From Hyphomicrobiales bacterium (GTDB taxonomy: Bacteria > Pseudomonadota > Alphaproteobacteria > Rhizobiales > OSC116), in assembly GCA_051531935.1 (NCBI GenBank), contig JAOPTR010000016.1, positions 493,766 to 557,765 on the forward strand: 64,000 nucleotides of DNA, written 5' to 3'. The translations under genes and the position numbers were made by a program. This document shows, piece by piece, positions 48,312 through 58,560 of the stretch. Below the pieces are notes generated by a model. It had not been told where the DNA came from and searched no databases. It saw nothing but the letters and a program-made list of their open reading frames with translations. Each line of letters starts with the position of its first letter. Position 1 is the stretch's first letter.

Positions 48312-49292
48312 ATGTCCGACCCCACAGACACAGCCGAATTTGAACAAATCATCATAGATTTAAATGCCGTCATTCTATCATTGAATATGGACAGCAATGA
48401 CAGCCTCACTGTGCTGACAATTAGTGACATTAAAAACCTTTTGCCATGGGGCGCATATCAGCCTAACTCACATAAAACCATGGAGCAAGGCCTTCGGCAT
48501 TGGGTTAAAAGCCAAACCGATATGGATTTAAATTATGTCGAGCAGCTCTATACATTTGGCGATAGTGGGCGCTTTAGCTATGGCAACCCCAACCGTCATA
48601 TTGTCAGCATCGGCTATCTAGCCTGCATCCAGCCCGAACTACGCGAAAAACAATCCTACCGCCAATGGAGCGGCATTTATCAGCATTTCCCGTGGGAAGA
48701 TTTCCGCCAAGGCCGCCCCGCAATGCTCGATGATTTTATTTTACCCAAATTATATAAATGGAGCGATTCACCAGAAACCGACCAACGCATTAAACGCTGC
48801 TTTGGCGATTTAGATGATGTCTGGCAGGAAGAAAATATCCTACAACGGTTCGAGCTTATGTATGAAGCCAGCCTCGTATTCGAAGCGGTGCGTGATGCCA
48901 ATGATGATATGACGGCCGATATTTACGTTTCAAGCCCCGATACAGAATTGCCTACTGGCCGCTACATGCAATATGATCATCGGCGCATATTGGCAACAGC
49001 CCTTGGCCGCATGCGGACAAAAATCAAACATCAACCGGTAATTTTCGATCTCATGCCCGATAAGTTCACTCTGTTCGAGCTACAACGCTCAACCGAAGCA
49101 ATATTAGGCTATCATTTGCACAAACAAAATTTCAGGCGCTTTGTAGAGCGCGAAGACCTCGTCAGCAAAACTGGTGAAATTCGCAATCAACCAAGTGGCC
49201 GTCCCGCCCAATTGTTCGAATATAATAAGAAGCTGATAAACAGTCCAAACATGCAAGGCCTAAAAATCGGCAATAGCGGCTCTGCCTATTAA
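48312..49292 (+). CDS. Nudix-related regulator (NrtR/NadQ-like): degenerate Nudix fold plus C-terminal winged helix
   Basis: 326 aa. The Nudix-box region is degenerate (SHKTMEQGLRHWVKSQTDMDL, no REx2EE). The C-terminus FTLFELQRSTEAILGYHLHKQNFRRFV...GRPAQLFEYN resembles the NrtR DNA-binding domain. Confidence 0.5.
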   Translation: MSDPTDTAEFEQIIIDLNAVILSLNMDSNDSLTVLTISDIKNLLPWGAYQPNSHKTMEQGLRHWVKSQTDMDLNYVEQLYTFGDSGRFSYGNPNRHIVSIGYLACIQPELREKQSYRQWSGIYQHFPWEDFRQGRPAMLDDFILPKLYKWSDSPETDQRIKRCFGDLDDVWQEENILQRFELMYEASLVFEAVRDANDDMTADIYVSSPDTELPTGRYMQYDHRRILATALGRMRTKIKHQPVIFDLMPDKFTLFELQRSTEAILGYHLHKQNFRRFVEREDLVSKTGEIRNQPSGRPAQLFEYNKKLINSPNMQGLKIGNSGSAY

Positions 49293-49310
49293 GCTTTCGC
49301 TCTTCACACA

Positions 49311-50744
49311 CTATGCTTTCGCTCTGGGATCTTTATAAAATATATGCGCCCCAATAGATCCAAGGCGTTTCATAGACCAACGCCATTTTGGGCTTACCGC
49401 CTTCGTATGGTAATGGGTTGCGCCACGCACCCGCGGTGCGCTCGCACGGCCTGCCAAAAAGTCGCCAGCAAGCTGTTTCATTCTTTTCCAAGTTTTCAAA
49501 TCTCTAGGTAAATCTGTTTTGCCATCACATGCAAATGAGAACTGGCAAGCATTACGCCTCGTGGCGTTTTGGTAAATCACCCCACAAAATGTATTGGGGT
49601 AAGATCGGCTACGACGACGTGCCGAAATAACTTCTGCAACCGCCAATTGCCCCGCGCGGCTTTCACCACGCACTTCATGGTAAAGTGCTGTGGTCAGGCA
49701 AGTTAAGCTTGTGCGGCTTGTCGAAATAACTTTGGCTTTTGGCTTGGGTATATATTTAGGGCGCTTCAATGGCGCTGGCACTTTTACATTGGCCATCAAT
49801 ATCCGTTCACCTTTTTCTTCGGCAACTTTTGTGGCAATCTTACCGTTCACAATGGTAAAGCCGTTCAATTTATCCAAGGCAATCACTTGGCGTCTTATGG
49901 AAGATGATTTCCCATTACCCGCACTCCATCCCAGCTCAGTTTCATGGGCTTGGGCAGTCACTTGGCTCAACATAGCCTCAACAAATTGGCTTTTATTTTT
50001 ACCCGAATGTATGGTTGGCATGGGCGCGATTTGTTCAGCCACATATACTTCAGCTTGGTTTTTTGTATCTTGTTTTAGTTTTTCAATTTCACTGGCCGAT
50101 AATATTTTGGGCGTAATTTTACTACCACCTATCAATTCATGGCTAGAGGGCTGCTCAGTGAGCGAGCTTAATACCGTCAATGCTTGCTTTTTATCAGAAA
50201 CCTTCGGTAAATTTGCAATTTTTTTAGCCTTAATTTCCGAACTTGTTTGTTTCAAAATAATTTTCTCAGCAATTATTTTCTGTGCCGCCATTTCATGAAT
50301 GGCAGCCTGTCTATCCAACGCAGCAATTTGTTTTGCCCGCTGCGCAGCTTGCTGAACTGCTTTGTCTTTGTCTATTTTTACTATCTTTTTATAATAAGTG
50401 CTGTTGCGCTTCTTAGTGCGGTTCACCCGTATTTTATCAGTGTCTCGTTTGGCTGTTTTACCTGCAATGTCATAAACCGAGCTACCGTGCTTTTGTTGCA
50501 TAACAACAATTTTGGGCACATCATATAATAGGTTTTCCTCAACATCTTCAGGGTATAGTTCAAGCTTTGTGCCTATCATTTGCTCATAATCGGTAAATGA
50601 TGTCATAAAAAAGCCAAAAAATGCCAAGCCAAAAAGCGCGTGCAAAACCGCACGATGCCTAAACTGCATTGGTTTTTTTTGCCGACGTTGATTTTTATGA
50701 AAAACTTTATGAGCGTCGGTATATTGGCTAGAACGATTTGTCAT
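49311..50744 (-). CDS. cell wall hydrolase (SleB/Hydrolase_2 domain) with long N-terminal extension
   Basis: The C-terminal ~130 aa show CLTTALYHEVRGESRAGQLAVAEVI...CQFSFACDGK. The N-terminus has one TM helix and a Lys/Ala/Gln-rich region. Confidence 0.75.
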   Translation of the reverse strand: MTNRSSQYTDAHKVFHKNQRRQKKPMQFRHRAVLHALFGLAFFGFFMTSFTDYEQMIGTKLELYPEDVEENLLYDVPKIVVMQQKHGSSVYDIAGKTAKRDTDKIRVNRTKKRNSTYYKKIVKIDKDKAVQQAAQRAKQIAALDRQAAIHEMAAQKIIAEKIILKQTSSEIKAKKIANLPKVSDKKQALTVLSSLTEQPSSHELIGGSKITPKILSASEIEKLKQDTKNQAEVYVAEQIAPMPTIHSGKNKSQFVEAMLSQVTAQAHETELGWSAGNGKSSSIRRQVIALDKLNGFTIVNGKIATKVAEEKGERILMANVKVPAPLKRPKYIPKPKAKVISTSRTSLTCLTTALYHEVRGESRAGQLAVAEVISARRRSRSYPNTFCGVIYQNATRRNACQFSFACDGKTDLPRDLKTWKRMKQLAGDFLAGRASAPRVRGATHYHTKAVSPKWRWSMKRLGSIGAHIFYKDPRAKA

Positions 50745-50811
50745 TATACCTGTGATATTAAATCAAATAGATTTTCGAATTTGAACCTACCTAACTTGTA
50801 CAAAATACCGA

Positions 50812-50826
50812 TTAAGATATTATTAA
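50812..50826. promoter_or_regulatory. TTAA-N7-TTAAC (CtrA-type) box upstream of the cell wall hydrolase gene
   Basis: TTAAGATATTATTAAC, 68 bp upstream of the start at 50744. Confidence 0.4.
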
Positions 50827-50860
50827 CCAAGTTATTTAATCCATAATAATGTGGCCTAAT

Positions 50861-53587
50861 TTAGGCTTCGGCAGCTTTTATTTCACTGGCAATCTTGTTT
50901 TGCGCTGCTGCAAGTCTGGCAACAGGCACCCTAAATGGCGCACAAGATACATAATCCAACCCCAAATCACCGTAAAAATGAATCGAATATGGGTCACCAC
51001 CATGCTCACCGCACACTCCAACATTTAAGTTTTCATTGCCTTTATGGCCGCGCTCTACAGCAATTTTAACAAGCTCCCCAACACCATCTTTATCAATAGA
51101 TACAAACGGATCATGCGGAATAATCGCACGGCGCGTATAAGAATTTAAAAAACGTGCGCTGTCATCACGGCTAATGCCATAAGTGGTCTGGGTTAAATCA
51201 TTGGAGCCAAAGCTAAAAAAGTCAGATAATTCGGCTAAATCTTCGGCACGCAAAGCCGCACGTGGCAATTCAATCATGGTGCCAAATTTAAAGGCAGGTC
51301 GCGCCCCATGTATATTTGCCACTTCATCGGCCACTTTTTCTATTCGGTCTTTCAAAAATACCAATTCTGCTTTTGTAGATACAAATGGAATCATAATTTC
51401 TGGCATGGTCGGGTCACCAGTTTCTTGCTCTGCCAAAATTGTAGCTTCAAAAATTGCTTGCACCTGCATGTCATAAATTTCGGGGTTGGTAATGGCCAAT
51501 CGGCACCCTCGATGCCCAAGCATAGGGTTGGTTTCAGACAATGTCTGTAAGCGATCTAAAATGGTCTTATGATCAACCCCAATGGCATTGGCGGTTTCCA
51601 TAATATCTTGGTCGGTTTTGGGTAAAAATTCATGTAATGGCGGGTCAAGTAACCTAATCGTCACAGGAAAACCAGACATAGCTTTAAATAAATCAACAAA
51701 ATCCTGGCGTTGCATTGGTAATAATTTATCCAATGCACGTTTCCGTCCCGCCTCATTCTCAGCCAAAATCATTTCCCGAACCGAAACAATGCGGTTTTTG
51801 TCAAAAAACATATGTTCCGTACGGCAAAGGCCAATGCCTTCAGCGCCCATTTTCTGCGCTTTTATTGCCAATTCAGGTGTTTCCGTATTCACCCTAATTT
51901 TCAATTTACGCACTTGATCAGCCCAATTCATCAGCGTGTAAAACTCGTCAGAAAAGCTCGGTTCAATGGTCGCAACCTGCCCTGTATAAATCTCACCAGA
52001 TGTGCCATCAATGGTAATCATATCACCCTTTTTCAAGGTGTAACCCGATGCCGAAAGCGTCTCATTTTCTGCATCAACTTTAACAGAGCTCGCGCCAACC
52101 ACACAAGGTCGCGCCATTATGCGTGCAGCCACAGCAGCATGGCTCGTGCTGCCGCCACGTACTGTCAAAATACCTTGCGCAGCATGGATTCCATAGACAT
52201 CTTCAGGGCTGGTCTCTACCTTTACCAAAATTACATTTTTGCCCAATGCACGGCGTTCTTCGGCATCTTCAGAGTTAAATACAACCTCACCCCATGCAGC
52301 ACCAGGGCTTGCAGGCAATCCACGTGCCAATAAGGTTTTATCAGCTTCGGGGTCTAATGATGGATGTAACAATTGCTCGATTGATTTGGGGTCAACCCGC
52401 ATCAATGCATCTTGTTTGCTAATCACGCCCGATTTTGCCAAATCAACCGCCACAACCAATTTTGCACGGTCACTTCTTTTGGGGCTAACCGCTTCTAATA
52501 TGTAAAGCTTGCCATCTTCAATGGTAAATTCAATATCAAGCATATCGCCAAATGCCGCTTCTAATTCTCTAGCGGTTTTTACCAATTCACTAAACATTTC
52601 AGGCATACGTTCTTCAAGGCTTTCAACTTGGTTATTTTCGTTTTTGCCTTTTTGCGTCAGTGGTTTTGGCATTCTATATTGGCCAAAAAATTCAGGGCCC
52701 TGCGCATAAGTTAAATATGAACCAGATACCGTGGCTTCACCCGTATTTGCGTTGCGGCTATGTATCAAACCAGTCGCACTTTGCTCGTTTCTATTGCCAA
52801 AAACCATGGCCTGTATGGTCAGTGCCATACCAATATCATCAGATATATCGTTAATGCGGCGTTGTGTTTTGGCTCTATACCCATTCCAAGTTTTAAAAGC
52901 AGCCGTTACACCACCCATTAACTGGTCACTCACATTTTGCGGAAATTCCACACCTATATTATCAACGATGCATGCCTTATAACGCTCAATAATCAGTTGA
53001 TAGTCACTCGAGTCAAATTCACTAATTGAAGTCAGGCCACCTTCAACACGCACCTCTTCAAAAATCTCTTCAAATAAATCTTCGCCGACACCCAATACCG
53101 CAATCGAATAACTTTCGATAAACCGCCTATAACTGTCCAATGCAAAGCGTAAATCACCTGTTTCTTCGGCCAAGGCCGCACAGGTTTGATCGTTCAAACC
53201 AAGGTTTAAAATCGCAGGCATTAGCCCCGCTAAATGCACAGGCGCCCCCACTCTAACCGCAAGCATTAAGGGTTTTTCTGCATCACCTAATTTCTTATTT
53301 AGCTTCTTTTCAAGCCGTTGCAAGCCCTTCATCACAAAATCATTAGAGCCAACAGGCAACTTATTGCCAGCAATGCTAAATTGACGGCAAAAATCGGTGG
53401 TCAATACAAACCCAATGGGCACAGGCAAGCCTAAATTAGTAATCTTGGCTAAAGATGCACCCTTTAATCCAAGGGCTTCCACCATTTTTTTATCATCAAG
53501 CTTTGTTGGCGTACCGTATGCAAATAAACAAGCGTCGGACAATTCAACATTGTCTAATTTCTGCGTATTTTCAATTGACTCACTCAT
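50861..53587 (-). CDS. ppdK: pyruvate, phosphate dikinase
   Basis: 908 aa with the phosphohistidine motif GGSTSHAAVAAR and PEP-utilizing C-terminal motifs (GLCRTEHMFF, FSFGSNDLTQ). Confidence 0.95.
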   Translation of the reverse strand: MSESIENTQKLDNVELSDACLFAYGTPTKLDDKKMVEALGLKGASLAKITNLGLPVPIGFVLTTDFCRQFSIAGNKLPVGSNDFVMKGLQRLEKKLNKKLGDAEKPLMLAVRVGAPVHLAGLMPAILNLGLNDQTCAALAEETGDLRFALDSYRRFIESYSIAVLGVGEDLFEEIFEEVRVEGGLTSISEFDSSDYQLIIERYKACIVDNIGVEFPQNVSDQLMGGVTAAFKTWNGYRAKTQRRINDISDDIGMALTIQAMVFGNRNEQSATGLIHSRNANTGEATVSGSYLTYAQGPEFFGQYRMPKPLTQKGKNENNQVESLEERMPEMFSELVKTARELEAAFGDMLDIEFTIEDGKLYILEAVSPKRSDRAKLVVAVDLAKSGVISKQDALMRVDPKSIEQLLHPSLDPEADKTLLARGLPASPGAAWGEVVFNSEDAEERRALGKNVILVKVETSPEDVYGIHAAQGILTVRGGSTSHAAVAARIMARPCVVGASSVKVDAENETLSASGYTLKKGDMITIDGTSGEIYTGQVATIEPSFSDEFYTLMNWADQVRKLKIRVNTETPELAIKAQKMGAEGIGLCRTEHMFFDKNRIVSVREMILAENEAGRKRALDKLLPMQRQDFVDLFKAMSGFPVTIRLLDPPLHEFLPKTDQDIMETANAIGVDHKTILDRLQTLSETNPMLGHRGCRLAITNPEIYDMQVQAIFEATILAEQETGDPTMPEIMIPFVSTKAELVFLKDRIEKVADEVANIHGARPAFKFGTMIELPRAALRAEDLAELSDFFSFGSNDLTQTTYGISRDDSARFLNSYTRRAIIPHDPFVSIDKDGVGELVKIAVERGHKGNENLNVGVCGEHGGDPYSIHFYGDLGLDYVSCAPFRVPVARLAAAQNKIASEIKAAEA

Positions 53588-53614
53588 GACACTTAGCCTT
53601 TTCCTAACGGTAAC

Positions 53615-55618
53615 TTAGCCCTCAATTCGGCCAAAATCTGCAATATTCAAAGTTGCATTTCTAATCATAGCCAATAGTTTTAAACGGTTTATACGAATTG
53701 CCGCTTGGTCATCATTCACTTTAACATCATCAAAAAATGCGTCAACTGGTGTGCGTAATTTAGCAACTGCGCTCATCGCAGCTGTAAAATCTTCAGCAAT
53801 AATGGCTTTTTGTATGTTGCCAAAATTTTCAACAATCGTGGCATATAATGCTTTTTCAGCAGCCAATGATAGCAAGCTTTCATCAACATCGACATCAAAG
53901 CGCGTATCGTCTTTTTTCTCTTCAATACGCAAGATGTTGTTGGCGCGTTTTACGCCAGCAAGTAGGTTTGAACCATCATCAGTTTTCAAAAACTCATCCA
54001 AAGCCGCAACACGCTTTTCAACCAAAACAATGTCATTTTGGCCTTTAAGCGCAAATATAGCGTCAATCAAATCGTGGCGCATGCCCTTGTCTTTAAAATA
54101 AACTTTCAAACGATCAACAAAGAACGATAATAAATCTTGCGGAATGTCCAACCGAATTTTACGTTCAAGTAAAATCCGAATAACTCCCAAAGCTGCACGG
54201 CGTAAAGCAAACGGATCTTTCGAGCCCGTAGGCTTTTCGTCAATGCTCCAAAAACTCAATAATGTATTGAATTTATCAGCAAGCGATATGGTCAAAGAAA
54301 TCAAATTAGTTGGCACAATGTCAGATGGCCCTTGCGGCGCATAATGTTCGGCCAGTGCTTCAGCCACTTCGGCATCAATGCCTTCTGCCAACGCGTATTG
54401 CTGCCCCATATAACCCTGCAATTCAGGCAATTCACTCACCATGCCAGTCACCAAATCAGCTTTGCACAAGTCCACGGCCAACAATGTTTTTTCAACGTCA
54501 GCACCGGTAAATTCACATAGCATTTCTGCCATTTCTTTAATGCTGCTCACACGTTCAAATTGGTTACCAATTTTAGCATGGAAGGTAATGGTTTTTAGTT
54601 TATCAAGTCGGTCAGCAAGTTTGGTCTTTTTATCGGTTTCCCAAAAATATTTAGCATCAGATAAACGCGCACGAATAACTTTTTCATTGCCGTGAGTGAT
54701 TATCTTACCACCATCCGATGCAATCATATTCGAGATGGCAACAAAGTGATTGCTCAATTTCTTAGTTTTCGGGTCAATAACCGAAAAACACTTTTGATGG
54801 CCTTTAATGGTTTCAATAATCACCCTTTCAGGCACATCAAGAAATTCAGCTTCAAATTCTCCAAGCAATGCCACAGGCCATTCAACCAAACCAGCAGTCT
54901 CAGCAATTAAGCCTTTATCATCAATCAATTCTAGGCCTTGCGCGGCACAAATTTTCTGCGCTTCGTCCAATATCATGGCAGCGCGTTCACTTCCATCCAG
55001 CACGACATTCAAGGCGTATAATTTGGCTTTATATTCAGCAAAGCTTGTCACAGAAAACCGTTCATTATTCATAAATAAATGGCCTTGCGTGCTATCTCCC
55101 ACAGGTACATTTTCAATTTCAAACGGCACAATCGCGCCATCAAGCAAGCAAATAATACTTTGCAAAGGGCGCACCCAACGCAAAGAGCCATTGCCCCAAC
55201 GCATAGATTTCGGCCACGGAAATTTACGAATAAGCTCAGGCATAGCAGCCGCAATAATATCAGCGGTGTTTTGTCCGGCTTTTTCTATAATAGCAACATG
55301 AAATGTCTTGCCCTTAATTTCCTGTTCAACACACTGTTCAAGCGTAACACCTGCACCGCGCAAAAAACCTTCAATCGCTTTTTCGGGCGCGCCCACTTGT
55401 GGGCCTTTGCGCTGTTCTTTTATGTCAGGGGTCGATGTCGGTACATCATCAATTTTCACACAAATGCGGCGTGGTGTTGCAAATGTTTCAACAGCGCCAA
55501 ATTTCAAACCAGCGGCTTTTAACAGGGCCGAAACCAAACGGCCTAAATCGGCCTTGGCAGTGTTTTGCATGCGTGATGGAATTTCTTCCGAAAATAATTC
55601 AATAAATAATTCAGCCAT
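53615..55618 (-). CDS. glyS: glycine--tRNA ligase beta subunit
   Basis: 667 aa with [14 protein letters not shown] and PWPKSMRW. It shares a 1-nt overlap (TAATG-type) with glyQ. Confidence 0.93.
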   Translation of the reverse strand: MAELFIELFSEEIPSRMQNTAKADLGRLVSALLKAAGLKFGAVETFATPRRICVKIDDVPTSTPDIKEQRKGPQVGAPEKAIEGFLRGAGVTLEQCVEQEIKGKTFHVAIIEKAGQNTADIIAAAMPELIRKFPWPKSMRWGNGSLRWVRPLQSIICLLDGAIVPFEIENVPVGDSTQGHLFMNNERFSVTSFAEYKAKLYALNVVLDGSERAAMILDEAQKICAAQGLELIDDKGLIAETAGLVEWPVALLGEFEAEFLDVPERVIIETIKGHQKCFSVIDPKTKKLSNHFVAISNMIASDGGKIITHGNEKVIRARLSDAKYFWETDKKTKLADRLDKLKTITFHAKIGNQFERVSSIKEMAEMLCEFTGADVEKTLLAVDLCKADLVTGMVSELPELQGYMGQQYALAEGIDAEVAEALAEHYAPQGPSDIVPTNLISLTISLADKFNTLLSFWSIDEKPTGSKDPFALRRAALGVIRILLERKIRLDIPQDLLSFFVDRLKVYFKDKGMRHDLIDAIFALKGQNDIVLVEKRVAALDEFLKTDDGSNLLAGVKRANNILRIEEKKDDTRFDVDVDESLLSLAAEKALYATIVENFGNIQKAIIAEDFTAAMSAVAKLRTPVDAFFDDVKVNDDQAAIRINRLKLLAMIRNATLNIADFGRIEG

Positions 55619-56595
55619 TATTTCGCACCTTTTTCATTTATTGATGTTTTTTTCAAAGAGCCCAATGGCGTTTCCATCCACAAATCCGCACATTTTTTAG
55701 ACAATGCCCGCACACGCGCAATATAAGCTTGGCGTTCAGTCACAGAAATCACACCACGTGCATCTAATAAATTAAACAAATGCGAAGCTTTAATGCACTG
55801 GTCATAAGCAGGTAACGCCATTTTATAATCATTACCTAGTGGGCTTTTAGCAGCGCTTGCATCCACAATAGATTGGCATTCTTTTTCAGCATCTTCAAAA
55901 TGTTGCATCAGCAAATCGGTATTCGCAACTTCAAAATTGTAGCGGCTATATTCTTGCTCATTTTGGTGAAACACATCACCATAGGTAATTTTATCTGCAC
56001 CTTGGCGGCCGTTGTAATTGAGGTCATAAACATTATCAACGCCTTGCACATACATTGCCAAACGCTCAACGCCATAAGTTAGCTCACCCGTAACAGGGCT
56101 GCAGTCATAGCCCGCAACTTGTTGAAAATAGGTAAACTGGCTCACTTCCATGCCATCAACCCAAACTTCCCAACCAAGTCCCCAAGCGCCAAGAGTTGGG
56201 CTTTCCCAATCATCTTCAACAAATCTAATGTCGTGGTTGGCTTTATCAATGCCAATCACGCTAAGTGATTTAATGTAAAGCTCCTGAATGTCCTTTGGCG
56301 ATGGCTTCAATACCACCTGAAATTGGTAAAAATGCTGCATGCGGTTTGGGTTTTCACCGTAGCGCCCGTCAGAGGGGCGGCGTGAAGGCTGTATGTAAGC
56401 CGCTTTCCAATCATTCGGCCCCAAAGCGCGCATAATCGTAGCGGGGTGAAAAGTCCCTGCGCCCACTTCCATGTCGTAAGGTTGCAAAATCGCGCAGCCA
56501 TAATCTGCCCAAAAATTTTGCAATGCCATAATCATGCCCTGAAAACTATTTTCGGGGCGCATATGCTCTGGAATGCTATTATTTGTGGAAGTCAT
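55618..56595 (-). CDS. glyQ: glycine--tRNA ligase alpha subunit
   Basis: [35 protein letters not shown] chose the ATG at 56593-56595; the longest ORF uses a TTG at 56616. Confidence 0.93.
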   Translation of the reverse strand: MTSTNNSIPEHMRPENSFQGMIMALQNFWADYGCAILQPYDMEVGAGTFHPATIMRALGPNDWKAAYIQPSRRPSDGRYGENPNRMQHFYQFQVVLKPSPKDIQELYIKSLSVIGIDKANHDIRFVEDDWESPTLGAWGLGWEVWVDGMEVSQFTYFQQVAGYDCSPVTGELTYGVERLAMYVQGVDNVYDLNYNGRQGADKITYGDVFHQNEQEYSRYNFEVANTDLLMQHFEDAEKECQSIVDASAAKSPLGNDYKMALPAYDQCIKASHLFNLLDARGVISVTERQAYIARVRALSKKCADLWMETPLGSLKKTSINEKGAK

Positions 56596-56706
56596 ATAAA
56601 TGCCTATTAATTTCAAATTATTTTATAAAATTAATAAGCAAACCTGCGTGAATCGTCAATAAAAACACGCGGTTTTAGCGGTATTATTCAATATATTGGT
56701 TAAAAG

Positions 56707-56949
56707 CTATTTTTTAAGCCGATAAACACCAGTCACAGGATCACGTTTTAGCTTTGGCATGTCTTTTATGGCCATTTTAGCGCGCTCGGCAGCACTGCCA
56801 GCTTCGCTCACCACATTCTGCGCGACACGCATTTTTTTGGCGAACCATTTGTAACCTTTGTAAACGCCCATTGCGGCTATTGCTGTGATTAATAATTCAG
56901 GCATATCCCTCATCCGGTTTAATGTTGCTATTTTACATTTAATCATCAA
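56707..56949 (-). CDS. small hypothetical membrane protein
   Basis: The ORF is 80 aa at most. The likely core starts at MPELLITAIAAMGVYKGYKWF (ATG near 56904), with one TM helix and a basic tail ending DPVTGVYRLKK. Confidence 0.4.
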   Translation of the reverse strand: MMIKCKIATLNRMRDMPELLITAIAAMGVYKGYKWFAKKMRVAQNVVSEAGSAAERAKMAIKDMPKLKRDPVTGVYRLKK

Positions 56950-56979
56950 TTATGGCATTACAAGGGTAAATCAATAAAA

Positions 56980-57627
56980 ATGAGCAAAAAACTTCAACAC
57001 ACCCCTAAAGCATCACGTTCAGGAGGCTTCGGCGTCGCTATTTTTGCGTTTATTTTCAGCCTTATTTACAAAATTCCTATGGTGAAAAAACTCACACTCT
57101 TCACCAAAAAAACCGCGCTTAATTACCTACAAAAGCAATTAAAAACCAACCAAAATCAATCCACCAATACCGCCAAACTAACCCAATGGGTAGACAGGCA
57201 ATGGCTACAACTAGATATTGATGCAGCAGGCGATGGCGAACCCATCGAAAATTATTTTGACAATGAAGAAAATGTAGATGAGGAAGAAATTCCGGCAAAA
57301 ACTCTGGGCTATAAGTCCCGCTTCAAGGTCAAAACCACCGCAAACCAATTGTCAGTAGCGTCTCCAGATAACCCTGTTCAAACCATCTCCTGGTCAAAAG
57401 TCACCAAAATTAACATCTATGTCGAAGATCCAAATCCAACCGATAGCGAAGCGTGGATTATCATCATAACTGATGATCAAGTCGCAAGCTTCCCTGAATG
57501 GGTCACAGGCCAAGAACAAGCAAAAAAACGTATGTTTATGCTAAAAGGCTTCGATCGTGAGATCTATAAAACTGCTCTAAATCACCAAAGCGAAGCCACA
57601 TTTACCGTTTACGAAAAACCAATCTAA
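56980..57627 (+). CDS. hypothetical protein (215 aa) with N-terminal membrane anchor
   Basis: Clean ORF with a TM segment (FGVAIFAFIFSLIY). No family was recognised. Confidence 0.45.
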   Translation: MSKKLQHTPKASRSGGFGVAIFAFIFSLIYKIPMVKKLTLFTKKTALNYLQKQLKTNQNQSTNTAKLTQWVDRQWLQLDIDAAGDGEPIENYFDNEENVDEEEIPAKTLGYKSRFKVKTTANQLSVASPDNPVQTISWSKVTKINIYVEDPNPTDSEAWIIIITDDQVASFPEWVTGQEQAKKRMFMLKGFDREIYKTALNHQSEATFTVYEKPI

Positions 57628-58499
57628 AGCCCAAATCTCGACCAAACAGCTTTTTCTTCGGCCACTTCTGCCAAGCCATGGGCGACACCAACGCCAATAT
57701 CACCAGTTCCACCGCCCAAAGCAGCAGGAGTGGATGATCCAAACATCTTCTTCAACAAACCTTTTTTGCCCATGCTCACTTCTTTAAAGCGCACTTCAGG
57801 GCCAAATTTAGCGCGCATAATGTCATAAACACTGCCAACACCATCAATTAAACCATGGCCTTCTGCGCGTTTACCTGCCCAAAAATCACCGTTGAATAAT
57901 GTATCTTCGTCCGATTTTAATTTGTCTTCGCGTCTATCGCGCACATGCTGTTTAAACGCATCATGAATATCACCAGACATTTGTCCAATCAATTCCACAT
58001 CTTCTGGTTTTTCAGGCATAAACATATCAAGCTTATTCTTGTTTGTACCAGATGTATAAACGCGGCGGTCAATATCCCATTTCTTAATCAATCTATCCAC
58101 ACCAAAGCTCGACATAATCACGCCAATAGAGCCAACAATGCTGGTCTCATGGGCATAAACTTCGTCACCAGCAAGCAATATCCAATAACCGCCAGATGCC
58201 GCAACATCTTCGGCAAATGTATATACTGGAACGTCATGCTCTTTAGATAATGCACGAATGCGATCATGGATAAGTGCCGATTGCACAGGGCTACCACCAG
58301 GCGAGTTAACCGAAATAGCAACGGCATCAACACCGCTCATTTCAAAGGCTTTTTCCAAAGCGTCTTTAACAGTCACTAAGTTCAATCCAGCCTTAAAACT
58401 ACCACCCTCACCAATCACGCCAGACAATCGAATGGTCGCCACTTTGGGATTGTTGGATTTCATTTTTTTCGGCAATATGGGGTCTAAAAACTTAAACAT
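57624..58499 (-). CDS. S49 family peptidase (SppA 36K type)
   Basis: 291 aa with AVAISVNSPGGSPVQS and DVAASGGYW (catalytic Ser region). Confidence 0.85.
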   Translation of the reverse strand: MFKFLDPILPKKMKSNNPKVATIRLSGVIGEGGSFKAGLNLVTVKDALEKAFEMSGVDAVAISVNSPGGSPVQSALIHDRIRALSKEHDVPVYTFAEDVAASGGYWILLAGDEVYAHETSIVGSIGVIMSSFGVDRLIKKWDIDRRVYTSGTNKNKLDMFMPEKPEDVELIGQMSGDIHDAFKQHVRDRREDKLKSDEDTLFNGDFWAGKRAEGHGLIDGVGSVYDIMRAKFGPEVRFKEVSMGKKGLLKKMFGSSTPAALGGGTGDIGVGVAHGLAEVAEEKAVWSRFGL

Positions 58500-58560
58500 G
58501 TCATTCCTTTAATATCTGTTACACCATATATGGGGTTAAGGCGTTTCAATACAAGGGTTT

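Noticed and set aside
49690-50298. 202-aa + strand ORF
   Set aside because: It is antisense to the cell wall hydrolase gene, has hydrophobic low-complexity content and resembles no family. The same reasoning applies to 51812-52333, 54807-55301, 55079-55522 and 55308-55700, which are antisense to ppdK and glyS.
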